IMG/VR virus record: IMGVR_UViG_3300044723_011313
Span: 2,942 to 66,941 of that record
Reading direction: 5' to 3' (one strand)
Source of the DNA: a virus
Lineage: Duplodnaviria; Caudoviricetes
DNA: 64,000 nucleotides
The translations under genes were made by a program, and so were the position numbers. Shown in pieces: positions 7,239 to 17,540 of this stretch (positions are counted from its first letter, which is position 1; each line of letters starts with the position of its first letter). Below the pieces are notes generated by a model that ran no database searches, was not told the origin of the DNA, and saw only the letters and a program-made list of their open reading frames with translations.

Positions 7239-8491
7239 CTGACAAAAAAATAAAAGTTCTTACCATTAGCGACCACCCACTCTCTCCCTCGGGTGTCGGA
7301 ACACAAACAAAATACATGATTGAAGCTTTATTGAAGACTGGAAGATATCAAATTGTATCTTTAGGCGGTGCAGTAAAGCATCAAAAGTATGACCCACACA
7401 AAGTGGATGAGTATGGAGACGATTGGATTGTTTTTCCTGTCGATGGATATGGAAATCAAGATCAAATTAGATCTATGATTCGAACACAAAAACCAGACAT
7501 TCTATGGTTTATGACAGACCCTAGATTTTACGAGTGGCTTTGGGCAATTGATAATGAAATTAGAGCACAGGTTCCAATGGTGTATTATCATGTTTGGGAT
7601 AACCACCCTGCACCTGTTTTCAACAAAGGATTTTATGAATCCAATGACCTCATCGCTTCTATTTCGAAAGTAACACATAAGATTGTGTCAGAAGTTACAG
7701 ACAAGGTAGATAATGTTTATTTACCACATGCAGTAGATTCAGATGTGTTCAAGCCTCTGTCTCCAGAGGAAGTTGCAAAAGTAAAAGAAAATCAAGGTCT
7801 CAAAGATAAGTTTGTTTTCTTCTGGAACAACAGAAATGCTAGAAGAAAAATGACTGGTAGCCTAATTCATTGGTTCAAAAACTTTTCAGAAAAAGTTGGA
7901 AAAGATAAAGTTGTTTTGCTTATGCATACTGACCCCAATGATCCATATGGGCAACCAGTTGAGCACCTTATGCAGCACTTTGGACTGACTGAAGGGCAGC
8001 TAAGAATTTCTAAAAACAAAGTTGGTTCAGAACACCTTTCCATGATGTACAACATTGCAGATTGTACTCTGAATATTTCTGATGCAGAAGGTTTCGGATT
8101 GGCAACTTTAGAATCCTTATCTTGTGGAACACCAATTATCGTAAACATGACTGGAGGATTGCAAGAGCAAGTTACAGACGGAGAGAACTGGTTCGGTATT
8201 GGAATTGAGCCAGCTTCGAAAGCTTTGATTGGATCTCAACAAGTTCCTTACATTTATGAGGATAGGATCTCTGAAGAAGATTTCAATGCCGCACTGACAA
8301 AAATGTATGAAATGTCTGAAGAAAAAAGAAAGGCCCTTGGTCAAGCAGGAAGAAATCATGTAGAACAAAACTATAGCTTCGAAGGTTATCAAAAACAGTG
8401 GGTAGAAGTTATGGATAAAGTTCATGAAGAACATGGTTCTTGGGATAATAGAAAGAAATATTCTCCGTGGAATCTGACAAAGGTAAACTAA
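7235..8491 (+). CDS. GT-B fold glycosyltransferase (GT4-like)
   Basis: SGVGTQ, NRNARRK, AEGFGLATLESLSCGTPII (E-x7-E motif); start at the ATGA overlap. Confidence 0.88.
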   Translation: MTDKKIKVLTISDHPLSPSGVGTQTKYMIEALLKTGRYQIVSLGGAVKHQKYDPHKVDEYGDDWIVFPVDGYGNQDQIRSMIRTQKPDILWFMTDPRFYEWLWAIDNEIRAQVPMVYYHVWDNHPAPVFNKGFYESNDLIASISKVTHKIVSEVTDKVDNVYLPHAVDSDVFKPLSPEEVAKVKENQGLKDKFVFFWNNRNARRKMTGSLIHWFKNFSEKVGKDKVVLLMHTDPNDPYGQPVEHLMQHFGLTEGQLRISKNKVGSEHLSMMYNIADCTLNISDAEGFGLATLESLSCGTPIIVNMTGGLQEQVTDGENWFGIGIEPASKALIGSQQVPYIYEDRISEEDFNAALTKMYEMSEEKRKALGQAGRNHVEQNYSFEGYQKQWVEVMDKVHEEHGSWDNRKKYSPWNLTKVN

Positions 8492-8503
8492 TAAGGAATC
8501 ATA

Positions 8504-9769
8504 ATGAGAAAAAAGATTATTGTAAGAGGACCAGTACTGAGCAGGTCGGGATATGGAGAGCAAGCAAGATTTGCTCTTAGATCTCTTAGAAAACATGAAG
8601 ATAGGTTTGATATCTATATTGTAAATACAAACTGGGGAGCAACAGGGTGGACTGCCCAACATGACGAGGAAAGGCAGTATATCGACTTTCTAATCCAAAA
8701 GACTTTTCATTACACCCAAAATAAAGGTCAGTTTGATATGTCTCTGCAAGTAACAATCCCAAATGAATGGGAACGACTTGCTCCTGTCAATATTGGATAC
8801 ACTGCTGGAATTGAGACAACTAAGATTGCTCCACAGTGGGTACAGAAAAGTATGCAGATGGACAAGATTATTGTAACTTCTGAGCATTCAAAAAATACAC
8901 TAGTAAACACAACTTACCAAGCATACGACAAAAACACTAATCAACCTGTTGGCAATGTATCTGTAAAGACACCAGTTGAAGTTGTGTCTTATCCTGTAAA
9001 GCTTACAGATAGAAAAAGTGTTGATCTTGAATTAGAAACAGATTTCAATTTTCTTATGGTATCTCAATGGGGTCCAAGAAAGAATACAGGAAATTCTATC
9101 AAATGGTTTGTTGAAAACTTCAAAGACAATCCAAATGTTGGTCTTATTGTGAAGGGTTTTGTAAAAAATAATTCCACTCTCGATAGTCTTCATGCACAAA
9201 GTGTGCTAAAGTCATCTGTAGATCCAGAAGCAAAGTGTAAGGTATACTTGCTTCATGGTGATATGTCTGATGAAGAAATGATTGGTCTATACTCTCACGA
9301 GAAAGTAAAGGCTTTGGTTTCTATTTCTCATGGTGAAGGATACGGACTTCCTCTTTTTGAAGCTGCATATACAGGATTACCAGTTGTAACAACAAACTGG
9401 TCTGGTCATGTTGACTTCTTGAATATGCCCGAGAAAAGAAGAAAGAAAGGCTCGAAGAAAAAGACAGAAGTTGTTATGCGACCAATGTTTGGTGATGTGG
9501 AATATACACTTGGACCAATTCAGAAAGAAGCAGTTTGGGACGGAGTACTCCAAGCAGACTCAATGTGGTGCTATGCAGATCAACAGAGTTATCAACGAGT
9601 ACTTACAGATGTTGCTGAAAACTACTCTAAGTATGAAGAAAAAGCATCCAAACTGAAAGAGTGGGTAAGAGAAGAGTTCGAAGCAGACAAACAATACGAT
9701 GCCTTTGCAAATGCAGTCTTACCAGCAGAAGAGGAAAAAACAGAAGAGCCAGTTGTGAGTTTTGACTAA
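8504..9769 (+). CDS. GT-B fold glycosyltransferase (GT4-like)
   Basis: SGYGEQAR, QWGPRKN, HGEGYGLPLFEAAYTGLPVVTTNWSG. Confidence 0.88.
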   Translation: MRKKIIVRGPVLSRSGYGEQARFALRSLRKHEDRFDIYIVNTNWGATGWTAQHDEERQYIDFLIQKTFHYTQNKGQFDMSLQVTIPNEWERLAPVNIGYTAGIETTKIAPQWVQKSMQMDKIIVTSEHSKNTLVNTTYQAYDKNTNQPVGNVSVKTPVEVVSYPVKLTDRKSVDLELETDFNFLMVSQWGPRKNTGNSIKWFVENFKDNPNVGLIVKGFVKNNSTLDSLHAQSVLKSSVDPEAKCKVYLLHGDMSDEEMIGLYSHEKVKALVSISHGEGYGLPLFEAAYTGLPVVTTNWSGHVDFLNMPEKRRKKGSKKKTEVVMRPMFGDVEYTLGPIQKEAVWDGVLQADSMWCYADQQSYQRVLTDVAENYSKYEEKASKLKEWVREEFEADKQYDAFANAVLPAEEEKTEEPVVSFD

Positions 9770-11376
9770 TGAAAAATGTTATTCACATAGCAGATTTTTT
9801 CTCAAATGAGATCAGAGGAGGTGGCGAACTCGTAGATGAAGTTCTCACCTCTTCTCTCGTTGAGAGAGGCTACAAAGTTGCTAGGGTAAAGTCCCAACAA
9901 GTAACAGACAAACTAATCAAAGACAATGCCGAAAAGACTTTTATTGTTTCTAATTTTGTTATGCTCGCTCCTTCATGCCTTCGCTTGCTACAAACTTGTG
10001 ATTATGTAATCTACGAGCACGACCACAAATACATTGTCGGTCGAGACCCGTCCCCGTTTGAGAACTACAAAGTCCCAGCGAACATGTTGACCAACTTAGA
10101 GTTTTACAGAAATGCCAAGGCAGTATTCGCTCAGTCTAAGTTGCATGCAGAAGTAATCAGCAAGAATATTAGAGAAGCAAATGTGATCAACCTTGGCTGC
10201 TCTCTGTGGTCTGACGAAGAACTGGATACTCTACAAAAGTATGTAGACACAAAGAAGAACGGCAAAATGGCTGTTCTAAACAGTGCTAACAAAATCAAAG
10301 GAACAGCACAAGCAAAAAGTTTCTGTGAGAAAAACGGCATTGAGTACAACCCTATTGTGTCTTTGGACTACGACAACTTTATCAATCAACTGTCCCAGCA
10401 CGACGGATTGGTTTTCTTCTCGCAAGTACTTGAAACCTTTTGTCGTTTGGCTGTCGAAGCCCGTATCGTAAACTGCAAACTTAGAACAAATAATAACCTC
10501 GGTTGTGCTAGCGAGGAGTGGTTCCCAAAGTACAAAGGACAAGAACTTCTTGACTTCGTAAGGTCTCAAAAAACTGAGGTAATCGACAAAGTTGCCGAGG
10601 TATTAGAAAGCGAGAAAACAAAAGAGTTTACAACTGCTCCTATTACAGTTATTCTAAATGCATATCGCCGCCCATACAATCTCAAAATGCAGATTGATGC
10701 GATTAGAAAGCAAACAACCAGACCAGCACAGATTTGGCTGTGGGTAAACGAACACGAGGATAACATTGGATTTGATTTCAAAGAATTGGACCTTGATAGA
10801 GTATTCCACAATGATCACAACTGGAAGTTCTATGGAAGGTTTGCCGCTGCTTTATTGGCTGACACTGAATATGTAGCCATTTTTGACGACGACACCATAC
10901 CCGGAGACCGTTGGTTTGAGAACTGCTTAGAAACAATGAAAACTAACGAAGGTATCCTTGGTTCTGCTGGTGTCACACTCAATGACAAGTTCTATGTAAG
11001 ACACGACCGATGTGGTTGGCCAACACAAAACAGTGAAACAACGAGGGTAGACTTGGTTGGGCATGCTTGGTTTTTCAAGCGAGAGTGGTTGTCTCACTTG
11101 TGGAGAGAGAAGCCAACAACTTGGGATAACGGAGAAGATATTCAGTTTTCTTACCTCGCCCAGAAATACGGCAATGTTCAGACATACTGCCCTCCACACC
11201 CACCAGAAGACAAGAGCCTTCACGGATCTATCTTGGGTAATGAATTAGGAATTGATACAAAAGCAACCTCAACCAACAGTGCTGTATCACATAAACAGTT
11301 TTTCAATGAAAGAGATGTATGTGTACAGACAGCAATTAGGGGCGGTTGGGAAACTGTAAAAGGTATAAAAGTATGA
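9769..11376 (+). CDS. Two-domain glycosyltransferase (degenerate GT-B N-terminus + GT-A/GT2-like C-terminus)
   Basis: N-terminal GGGELVD and LETFCRLAVEAR; C-terminal VILNAYRRP, AIFDDD, NGEDIQFS. Confidence 0.75.
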   Translation: MKNVIHIADFFSNEIRGGGELVDEVLTSSLVERGYKVARVKSQQVTDKLIKDNAEKTFIVSNFVMLAPSCLRLLQTCDYVIYEHDHKYIVGRDPSPFENYKVPANMLTNLEFYRNAKAVFAQSKLHAEVISKNIREANVINLGCSLWSDEELDTLQKYVDTKKNGKMAVLNSANKIKGTAQAKSFCEKNGIEYNPIVSLDYDNFINQLSQHDGLVFFSQVLETFCRLAVEARIVNCKLRTNNNLGCASEEWFPKYKGQELLDFVRSQKTEVIDKVAEVLESEKTKEFTTAPITVILNAYRRPYNLKMQIDAIRKQTTRPAQIWLWVNEHEDNIGFDFKELDLDRVFHNDHNWKFYGRFAAALLADTEYVAIFDDDTIPGDRWFENCLETMKTNEGILGSAGVTLNDKFYVRHDRCGWPTQNSETTRVDLVGHAWFFKREWLSHLWREKPTTWDNGEDIQFSYLAQKYGNVQTYCPPHPPEDKSLHGSILGNELGIDTKATSTNSAVSHKQFFNERDVCVQTAIRGGWETVKGIKV

Positions 11377-12368
11377 TTTTATTGAGTTTTGGAACAAGAC
11401 CAGAGTGGATCAAGATCAAGCCATTGCTAGACCAAATGGACGGCAACATTCCTTATCGTTTGCTTTTCACAGGTCAACACACAGACCTGCTCTCAAAAGT
11501 AGGCGAGGACATAGATTTAGTAAAGTTAGAAATCAAAGACGGTCCAAACCGACTTGACTCCATTGTGAGTTCCGTTATGAACTTGGAAGAGATTTTCGAA
11601 GGCATAACTTCTGTCTTAGTACAGGGGGATACAACCTCTGCTTTCTCTATTGCTCTTGCTGCTTTTCACAGGAGGATCAAAGTAATTCACTTGGAAGCAG
11701 GGCTGAGAACATACGATAAATACCAGCCTTATCCAGAGGAGTTCAACCGACAAGCGATTTCTCGTATTGCAGATGTTCACTTGTGCCCAACAGAACTTAG
11801 CAAAATCTTTTTAGCCAACGAAAAAACACAAGGCAGAGTAGAAGTTGTAGGCAATACTGTATTGGATAACCTGCGAGATATTGAGACAGAGTATACAAAC
11901 AAAGTAGTTGTAACAATGCATCGTAGAGAGAACCACCACAATATGGACGAGTGGTTCAAAGCCATTGATAAGATTGCAGGAGACAACAAAGACTTAGAGT
12001 TTATTATACCTCTGCATCCAAATCCTAATGTGCAAAAGCATAAGCATTTGCTAAAAAACCTTAAAATTGTAGAGCCAATCGAGTATAATGAGTTTGTAAA
12101 ATTGTTGGCTCAAACAAGACTGGTTATTACTGATTCCGGCGGATTACAAGAAGAAACATCTTTTCTGAAAAAGAAATGTATTGTCTGCCGAAAGAAAACT
12201 GAAAGACTTGAGGGTGTCAACACTTTTGCTTTTATGTGTCTTGAACCAGAGGATTTGGAAGGTCTTTTCAATCAAGTCAACGAGGACCACATACCTGTTG
12301 GCGACTGCCCTTACGGAGACGGACATGCTGCTGAAAAAGTGTATGAGGTCTTGAGGGATGAAGTTTGA
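11373..12368 (+). CDS. wecB: UDP-N-acetylglucosamine 2-epimerase (WecB/MnaA family)
   Basis: GTRPE, QGDT, HLEAGLR, PEEFNR, GNT, HRREN, HPNP, DSGGLQEE, YGDG. Confidence 0.92.
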   Translation: MILLSFGTRPEWIKIKPLLDQMDGNIPYRLLFTGQHTDLLSKVGEDIDLVKLEIKDGPNRLDSIVSSVMNLEEIFEGITSVLVQGDTTSAFSIALAAFHRRIKVIHLEAGLRTYDKYQPYPEEFNRQAISRIADVHLCPTELSKIFLANEKTQGRVEVVGNTVLDNLRDIETEYTNKVVVTMHRRENHHNMDEWFKAIDKIAGDNKDLEFIIPLHPNPNVQKHKHLLKNLKIVEPIEYNEFVKLLAQTRLVITDSGGLQEETSFLKKKCIVCRKKTERLEGVNTFAFMCLEPEDLEGLFNQVNEDHIPVGDCPYGDGHAAEKVYEVLRDEV

Positions 12369-13134
12369 AGAAGATTTTTTCAACCTACTTGGAAAACTAA
12401 AACAAAACGAACACTTTGCATACACTCGCTTCTCTGATGGCGAGATTTGTGTTATGCAAGATAAAGAACTAAAGCTGGCTGATGATCATGTTGTAATGGG
12501 TGAAACTCGTTATGGCTTTGGATATTCAGCAGACGATCACAAGCATTATGATCCCAACGAGCATGGCTTTCTCAAAGACATCTTGATTGAGGCTTACAAA
12601 TACAAGAAAGAAAACTATTTTGTTGGTGGTATCTGCAAAGATTGTACTTGTGCTTCCAAAGAATTTGCACCTTGGATGCATGATCTATATGGAGACATTG
12701 ACGACAAGCTTACATCAGCAAATCTCCTTGTAAACTCCAATTATCCTTTGTTTGTGGGACATTTTATTCCAGAACTAAAAAAGAAAAAACTTGTCTTTAT
12801 TTGTAGTGAGAATGCTGACTTAGATAACAGTGAGTTTGATGTTGTAAAAGATTTCCGTGTAGGAAAGAATTGTATTGTAAACGATCACCATTTAGTTGTT
12901 GACATCAAGAAGTGGATAGATGATAATGGTGTAGAAGATCATGTATTTTTGTTCTCTGCAAGCAGTTTGAGTGAAGTTCTTATCTACGAACTTTATAAGC
13001 ATAACGACAAAAACACATACATTGATGTTGGAACAACTCTCCATCCTTATCTTGGTCTGAGTATCGAAAGAGATTATCTGAGGGCATATCACAAAGGTTT
13101 CCCACATCCAGACCTTTACAAATCGTGTGTGTAA
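12358..13134 (+). CDS. GT-D fold (DUF1792-like) glycosyltransferase
   Basis: YTRFSDGE start motif and IDVG near the C-terminus; glycan-cluster context. Confidence 0.55.
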   Translation: MKFEEDFFNLLGKLKQNEHFAYTRFSDGEICVMQDKELKLADDHVVMGETRYGFGYSADDHKHYDPNEHGFLKDILIEAYKYKKENYFVGGICKDCTCASKEFAPWMHDLYGDIDDKLTSANLLVNSNYPLFVGHFIPELKKKKLVFICSENADLDNSEFDVVKDFRVGKNCIVNDHHLVVDIKKWIDDNGVEDHVFLFSASSLSEVLIYELYKHNDKNTYIDVGTTLHPYLGLSIERDYLRAYHKGFPHPDLYKSCV

Positions 13135-13517
13135 TGGAATTAGTACAAAACAAACCGGAATATTGGGAATTTATCAGGAACCTTCGCAATCATCCAGATG
13201 TGAAAGGTGGATTTATTCAGCAAGAAGATATTGAAAAAGAATCTCACGAACAGTATATGCTTAGATATGGCTTGTTCTTTTATGTATGCTTATATGAAGG
13301 ACAACCAGCAGGATATGTTGGTGTAATCGATAGAGATATTAGAGTTGCAACACACCCTGATTTCCAAGGCAAAGGTGTTGGAAAGTATATGATAAATCAA
13401 CTGATGGAAATGAACTCTGATGCATTTGCAAAGGTAAAGATTGAGAATGAAGCAAGCATGAGATTGTTTGAGGCTTGTGGATTCAAAAAGAAATATTATA
13501 TTTTGGAGAAGGAATAA
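13134..13517 (+). CDS. GNAT N-acetyltransferase
   Basis: Acetyl-CoA motif HPDFQGKGVG, N-x-A-S-x-x-L-F-x-x-CGF; TAATG coupling; adjacent to an aminosugar transaminase. Confidence 0.85.
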   Translation: MELVQNKPEYWEFIRNLRNHPDVKGGFIQQEDIEKESHEQYMLRYGLFFYVCLYEGQPAGYVGVIDRDIRVATHPDFQGKGVGKYMINQLMEMNSDAFAKVKIENEASMRLFEACGFKKKYYILEKE

Positions 13518-14137
13518 TGCTGCATAATCCATATAAAGTAGTACAAATGTTCGAAGAAGAGGTTGCACACTACACAGGAGCACCATATGCTGTGTCTGTA
13601 AACAGTTGCACAAATGCTCTTTTCCTTGCTTGTAAATGGCACAAAGTAGAAGGCAAAGATGTTATCTTGCCCAAGAGAACTTATTTATCTCCTCCTCAAT
13701 CTGTTATGCAAGCAGGTGGAAATTTGGTATTTGAGGATATTCAATGGCAGGGTATCTATCAACTAAAGCCATTCCCAATCTATGATGCAGCAAAAAGGTT
13801 GACATCTAACATGTATATTCCCGGAACAATGATGTGTCTTTCGTTCCATATCAAAAAGCATCTCAAAATTGGAAAAGGTGGAATGATCCTCCTTGATAAT
13901 CCAGAGGCTGTGAAGTGGCTAAAAGCTCGCAGATATGAAGGAAGAACTGATGGTATGCGGTATCATGAGGATATGATTGATGAAGAGGGATGGAATATGT
14001 ATATGACCCCAGAGCAAGCAGTTCGTGGTCTTATGTTGATGCAGAACTATCCAAAGCATATGCCTGATATTCCAGAAGACCCTCCTTATCGTGACCTAAC
14101 AGAATTCGAATTATTCAGGGACATTGAGGTAAGATGA
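13517..14137 (+). CDS. Compact DegT/DnrJ/EryC1/StrS-family sugar aminotransferase
   Basis: FEEEVA..AVSVNSCTNAL, DAA, SFHIKKHL (PLP Lys), GKGGM, GWNMYM; only 206 aa. Confidence 0.8.
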   Translation: MLHNPYKVVQMFEEEVAHYTGAPYAVSVNSCTNALFLACKWHKVEGKDVILPKRTYLSPPQSVMQAGGNLVFEDIQWQGIYQLKPFPIYDAAKRLTSNMYIPGTMMCLSFHIKKHLKIGKGGMILLDNPEAVKWLKARRYEGRTDGMRYHEDMIDEEGWNMYMTPEQAVRGLMLMQNYPKHMPDIPEDPPYRDLTEFELFRDIEVR

Positions 14138-14979
14138 AGACTGCTTTTACGATAAACGGATATTTTTCTAGTAAATCTGATTTGATACACGGAGGATCCG
14201 GATCTACTGGTAGGCTTTCACATGAATACTTGAAAAAAGAATTATTTGAAAAAGCAGAAAACGATGTTGATGTATTTATACATTCTTGGGACATAGAGAA
14301 CAAGCAAAAAATTTTAGATCTTTACGGAGATAGTGTAAAAGATTATAAGTTTGAAGAGCAAATCGATTTTTCAAACAAAATAGATAAACAAACAACAGAT
14401 TGGTTTGATGAAGGATTTGATAGAGCAAATACAATGTATAAGTCATGTACTTTTGAGACAATTTACAGTTATCTATATGGAAGAAAGAGTGCTATAGATA
14501 TAAAATCAAATTATGAAAATAAAAACAATTTTACATATGATTCTGTATTGGTCGGGAGATTTGATCTTGGACTAAGAGGCAAAGAACATCCTCAAATTCA
14601 CTATCCAACCAACATATATTATAGTGAAAATTTAGATATGAATTATGTATATACTCCATATTGGAATCAATTCAATGTAGGCTATGCTGATCATTGGTGG
14701 CTTTCAAGCAGTGAAAATGTAAACATTATAGCGACTTGGTATGAAAAGAGTAAAGAATATTTTTCTATCGATAGTGATTATGTAAAGGCAGCAACTACTG
14801 GCTGGTTTGATAGCAATAGGCATGATTTGTTTTCTAATGAAGTGTTGAAGAAAAAAGATGATCGATCAAAAGAGCTAATGTGTTTTCGAAAGTGGTATTG
14901 TATAAACACTCACCTTTGCTCAAAATGGTTTATGAACGAAGTAGGCTTGTACAATAAAACAAGATCATTCATGTTGTAG
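14134..14979 (+). CDS. Putative glycosyltransferase-like protein
   Basis: VDVFIHSWD and YDSVLVGRFD pattern typical of GT-A-like proteins in glycan clusters; context. Confidence 0.45.
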   Translation: MKTAFTINGYFSSKSDLIHGGSGSTGRLSHEYLKKELFEKAENDVDVFIHSWDIENKQKILDLYGDSVKDYKFEEQIDFSNKIDKQTTDWFDEGFDRANTMYKSCTFETIYSYLYGRKSAIDIKSNYENKNNFTYDSVLVGRFDLGLRGKEHPQIHYPTNIYYSENLDMNYVYTPYWNQFNVGYADHWWLSSSENVNIIATWYEKSKEYFSIDSDYVKAATTGWFDSNRHDLFSNEVLKKKDDRSKELMCFRKWYCINTHLCSKWFMNEVGLYNKTRSFML

Positions 14980-14991
14980 GTTTGAGGTTGT

Positions 14992-16179
14992 ATGTTGCAG
15001 ATAGAAGAAAATCACAAAATTTATAGAAATAAAGATTTTTTTGGAAAAATCAAAGAAAACGAATTTGAAAACAATATGGAACTAATCCATTCCATAAAAA
15101 ATATGCCTGTAAAATGTTCTATTTCTGATCCTGAAACTGATCATGAAAGCGATTATGTTATGGATTTCAATGTATATATTGACAAGGGAACTGGAATGAT
15201 TCAAGTGAACCCATTAGTTCCTTTAAATATTTTATATGAAACACAACACAACGATTCAAATGGAGGTGTGTGGCTTCAACATCATAAAGAATTTAAAGAT
15301 TTTATTTTGAAAAATGGACAACAAAATATAATTGAATTTGGAGCAGGTTCTGGAATATTGTCTAAAATGTTTTTAGAAAATAATAAGGATTATAATTGGA
15401 CAATTTTAGATATCAATACAGATTTGCTAAAAAGTAGAACAGACATTAGGGTTATAAAAGGAGAGATAAATGACAAGCTTGAATTATCAGATGAATTCGA
15501 TACATTTGTCCATTCGCACCTCATCGAACACTTATATAATCCAGAAGAATTTCTAGAATTACTTGCAAAAAAAACTAAACATAATTCGAATCATATTTTC
15601 TCTTTGCCAAATCTCAAGGTTTGGCTAAAAAAGAAGCATTCAAACACTATATTCTTTGAGCATAGTCTGTTTTTGGAGGAAGAGTATTTAGATTTTCTTA
15701 TAAACAAAAACGGTTTTGAAATAGTCGAAAAGGCATTCTACAAAGATCATAGTATATTTTATTTTTGTAAAAATAGAAAAACAAATCTATTAGAACACGA
15801 TATTCCTCCAAATCGATATAGTAAAAATGCAAAAAGATACAAAAATTATGTTGAGACAATTGAAAATTACATAGATTATATTTTGCATAGCATAAAAAAA
15901 GATGATCATGTTTTTTTATTTGGAGCACATATTTTTTCACAAATCCTACTAAAAATGGGCTTAGAAGATACAAACATAATTTCCATCTTAGATAACAGTC
16001 CAATAAAAATTGGAAAAAGATTATACGGATTTGGTCATCCAATACGGTCCCCGGAAGAAATTTCAAAGTACAAAAATCCCATAGTCATTTTGCATGCCGG
16101 ACCATATCAGCAAGAGATAAAGTCTCAATTGCTAAAAATAAATAAAAATGTCAAGATATTAGAAACAAAGGAACAATAA
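14992..16179 (+). CDS. SAM-dependent methyltransferase (NDP-sugar C-methyltransferase-like)
   Basis: EFGAGSG motif I, HLIEHLYNP, FEH, C-terminal FLFGA..ILDNSPIKIGK domain. Confidence 0.75.
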   Translation: MLQIEENHKIYRNKDFFGKIKENEFENNMELIHSIKNMPVKCSISDPETDHESDYVMDFNVYIDKGTGMIQVNPLVPLNILYETQHNDSNGGVWLQHHKEFKDFILKNGQQNIIEFGAGSGILSKMFLENNKDYNWTILDINTDLLKSRTDIRVIKGEINDKLELSDEFDTFVHSHLIEHLYNPEEFLELLAKKTKHNSNHIFSLPNLKVWLKKKHSNTIFFEHSLFLEEEYLDFLINKNGFEIVEKAFYKDHSIFYFCKNRKTNLLEHDIPPNRYSKNAKRYKNYVETIENYIDYILHSIKKDDHVFLFGAHIFSQILLKMGLEDTNIISILDNSPIKIGKRLYGFGHPIRSPEEISKYKNPIVILHAGPYQQEIKSQLLKINKNVKILETKEQ

Positions 16180-16899
16180 ATGGTACCATTAGTATTTTAT
16201 TCACATTCGGATTATTCAGATGTGTGGGCTCCTATGTTCGCACAAACCGATAAATTTCTCAAAGGGTACAAAAAGTATCTTTTCACAGATGAATCAACAG
16301 AAGAACTAGACAATGACTGGATTGTAATAAAGTATGATGATTCTCTTCCGTATCAAAAAAGAATGCTTTATTGTTTAGAACAAGTGGAAGAAGACATTAT
16401 TCTCTTTCATCACGAAGATATGTTTTTATTTGACAGCCCTAATGAAGAAAAGCTAAAAGAGATTATTTCACTTGTAGAGAATGAAGAGATCGACATTGTG
16501 AAGCTAGCAAGAGCCAGTTATGATGAGGCACATCCATTAGTAAAAAACACCACACACGAAAATGTGTATGAAAATCCCAGCAACCTCAAGTTTGCAATCC
16601 AACCAAGTATTTGTAATAAAGAAAAATTAGAATTCATTTATAGCAAAACTTATGGAAATAGTATTTGGGAATTTGAAGCAAATTCATCAATGATTTGTGA
16701 TTATTTCAATATCAAGACTGGTATGACTTGGCAAGAAGGTGACAATAAAAGGGGAATGTTTCACTGGGATAGTGGGATTTATCCATACTTTGCAACGGCC
16801 ATTGTAAAAGGCAAGTGGTCTATTGGCGACTATGGAGACCTTTTAGAAGATATACTAGAAGAAAATAAAGTAGATATTTTAGAGAGAGGAACAGTATGA
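16180..16899 (+). CDS. Putative GT-A-like glycosyltransferase
   Basis: YSHSDYSDVW, YLFTD, HHEDMF, WEFE; glycan-cluster context. Confidence 0.45.
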   Translation: MVPLVFYSHSDYSDVWAPMFAQTDKFLKGYKKYLFTDESTEELDNDWIVIKYDDSLPYQKRMLYCLEQVEEDIILFHHEDMFLFDSPNEEKLKEIISLVENEEIDIVKLARASYDEAHPLVKNTTHENVYENPSNLKFAIQPSICNKEKLEFIYSKTYGNSIWEFEANSSMICDYFNIKTGMTWQEGDNKRGMFHWDSGIYPYFATAIVKGKWSIGDYGDLLEDILEENKVDILERGTV

Positions 16900-17540
16900 G
16901 TTTGAAACTTGTTATTTTTGATATGGATGGTGTCTTGGTAGATGCCTGCGATTGGCATAAAGATGCCTTCAACCAAGCATTGGAAGAGTTGTGCGGATAC
17001 AAAATCTCAGATGAAGAACACTATTCCGAATTCAATGGTCTCCCTACAAAAACAAAGCTTGCAAAATTAGCTGAAAAAGGTATTGTAAAAGAAGATAAGA
17101 AATTACATAAAGAAATCAACAATCTAAAACAAGAAAATACAATTCGAATTATCGAAGAATCTTGTGCCTATGATAATTCAAAGGTGAATCTCGTAAGCTG
17201 GCTAAAGCTAAAAGGCATAAAAGTTGCTTGTTTTACAAATAGTATCAGAAAAACTGCTGAACTGATGCTAGATAAGTGTGGTGTTTTGTCCGAACTAGAT
17301 TTGTTGGTGACGAACCAAGATGTGAAAGAACCAAAGCCTTCTCCGGAAGGATATCTAAAAGTTCTAAAACATTATAATATTAGCCCACAAGATGCTATGA
17401 TTGTTGAGGATTCACCAAAAGGAATAAAAGCAGCAACTGCTGCTGGTTGCAAGATCATGAAAGTCGATAATGCAACACAAGTATATACAGAAAATATGAG
17501 GAGATTTATACATGAAAGTTTTGATTCCAATGGCGGGTGA
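16896..17540 (+). CDS. HAD-superfamily phosphatase
   Basis: IFDMDGVLVD, FTNS, KPSPEGY, VEDSPKG. Confidence 0.9.
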   Translation: MSLKLVIFDMDGVLVDACDWHKDAFNQALEELCGYKISDEEHYSEFNGLPTKTKLAKLAEKGIVKEDKKLHKEINNLKQENTIRIIEESCAYDNSKVNLVSWLKLKGIKVACFTNSIRKTAELMLDKCGVLSELDLLVTNQDVKEPKPSPEGYLKVLKHYNISPQDAMIVEDSPKGIKAATAAGCKIMKVDNATQVYTENMRRFIHESFDSNGG

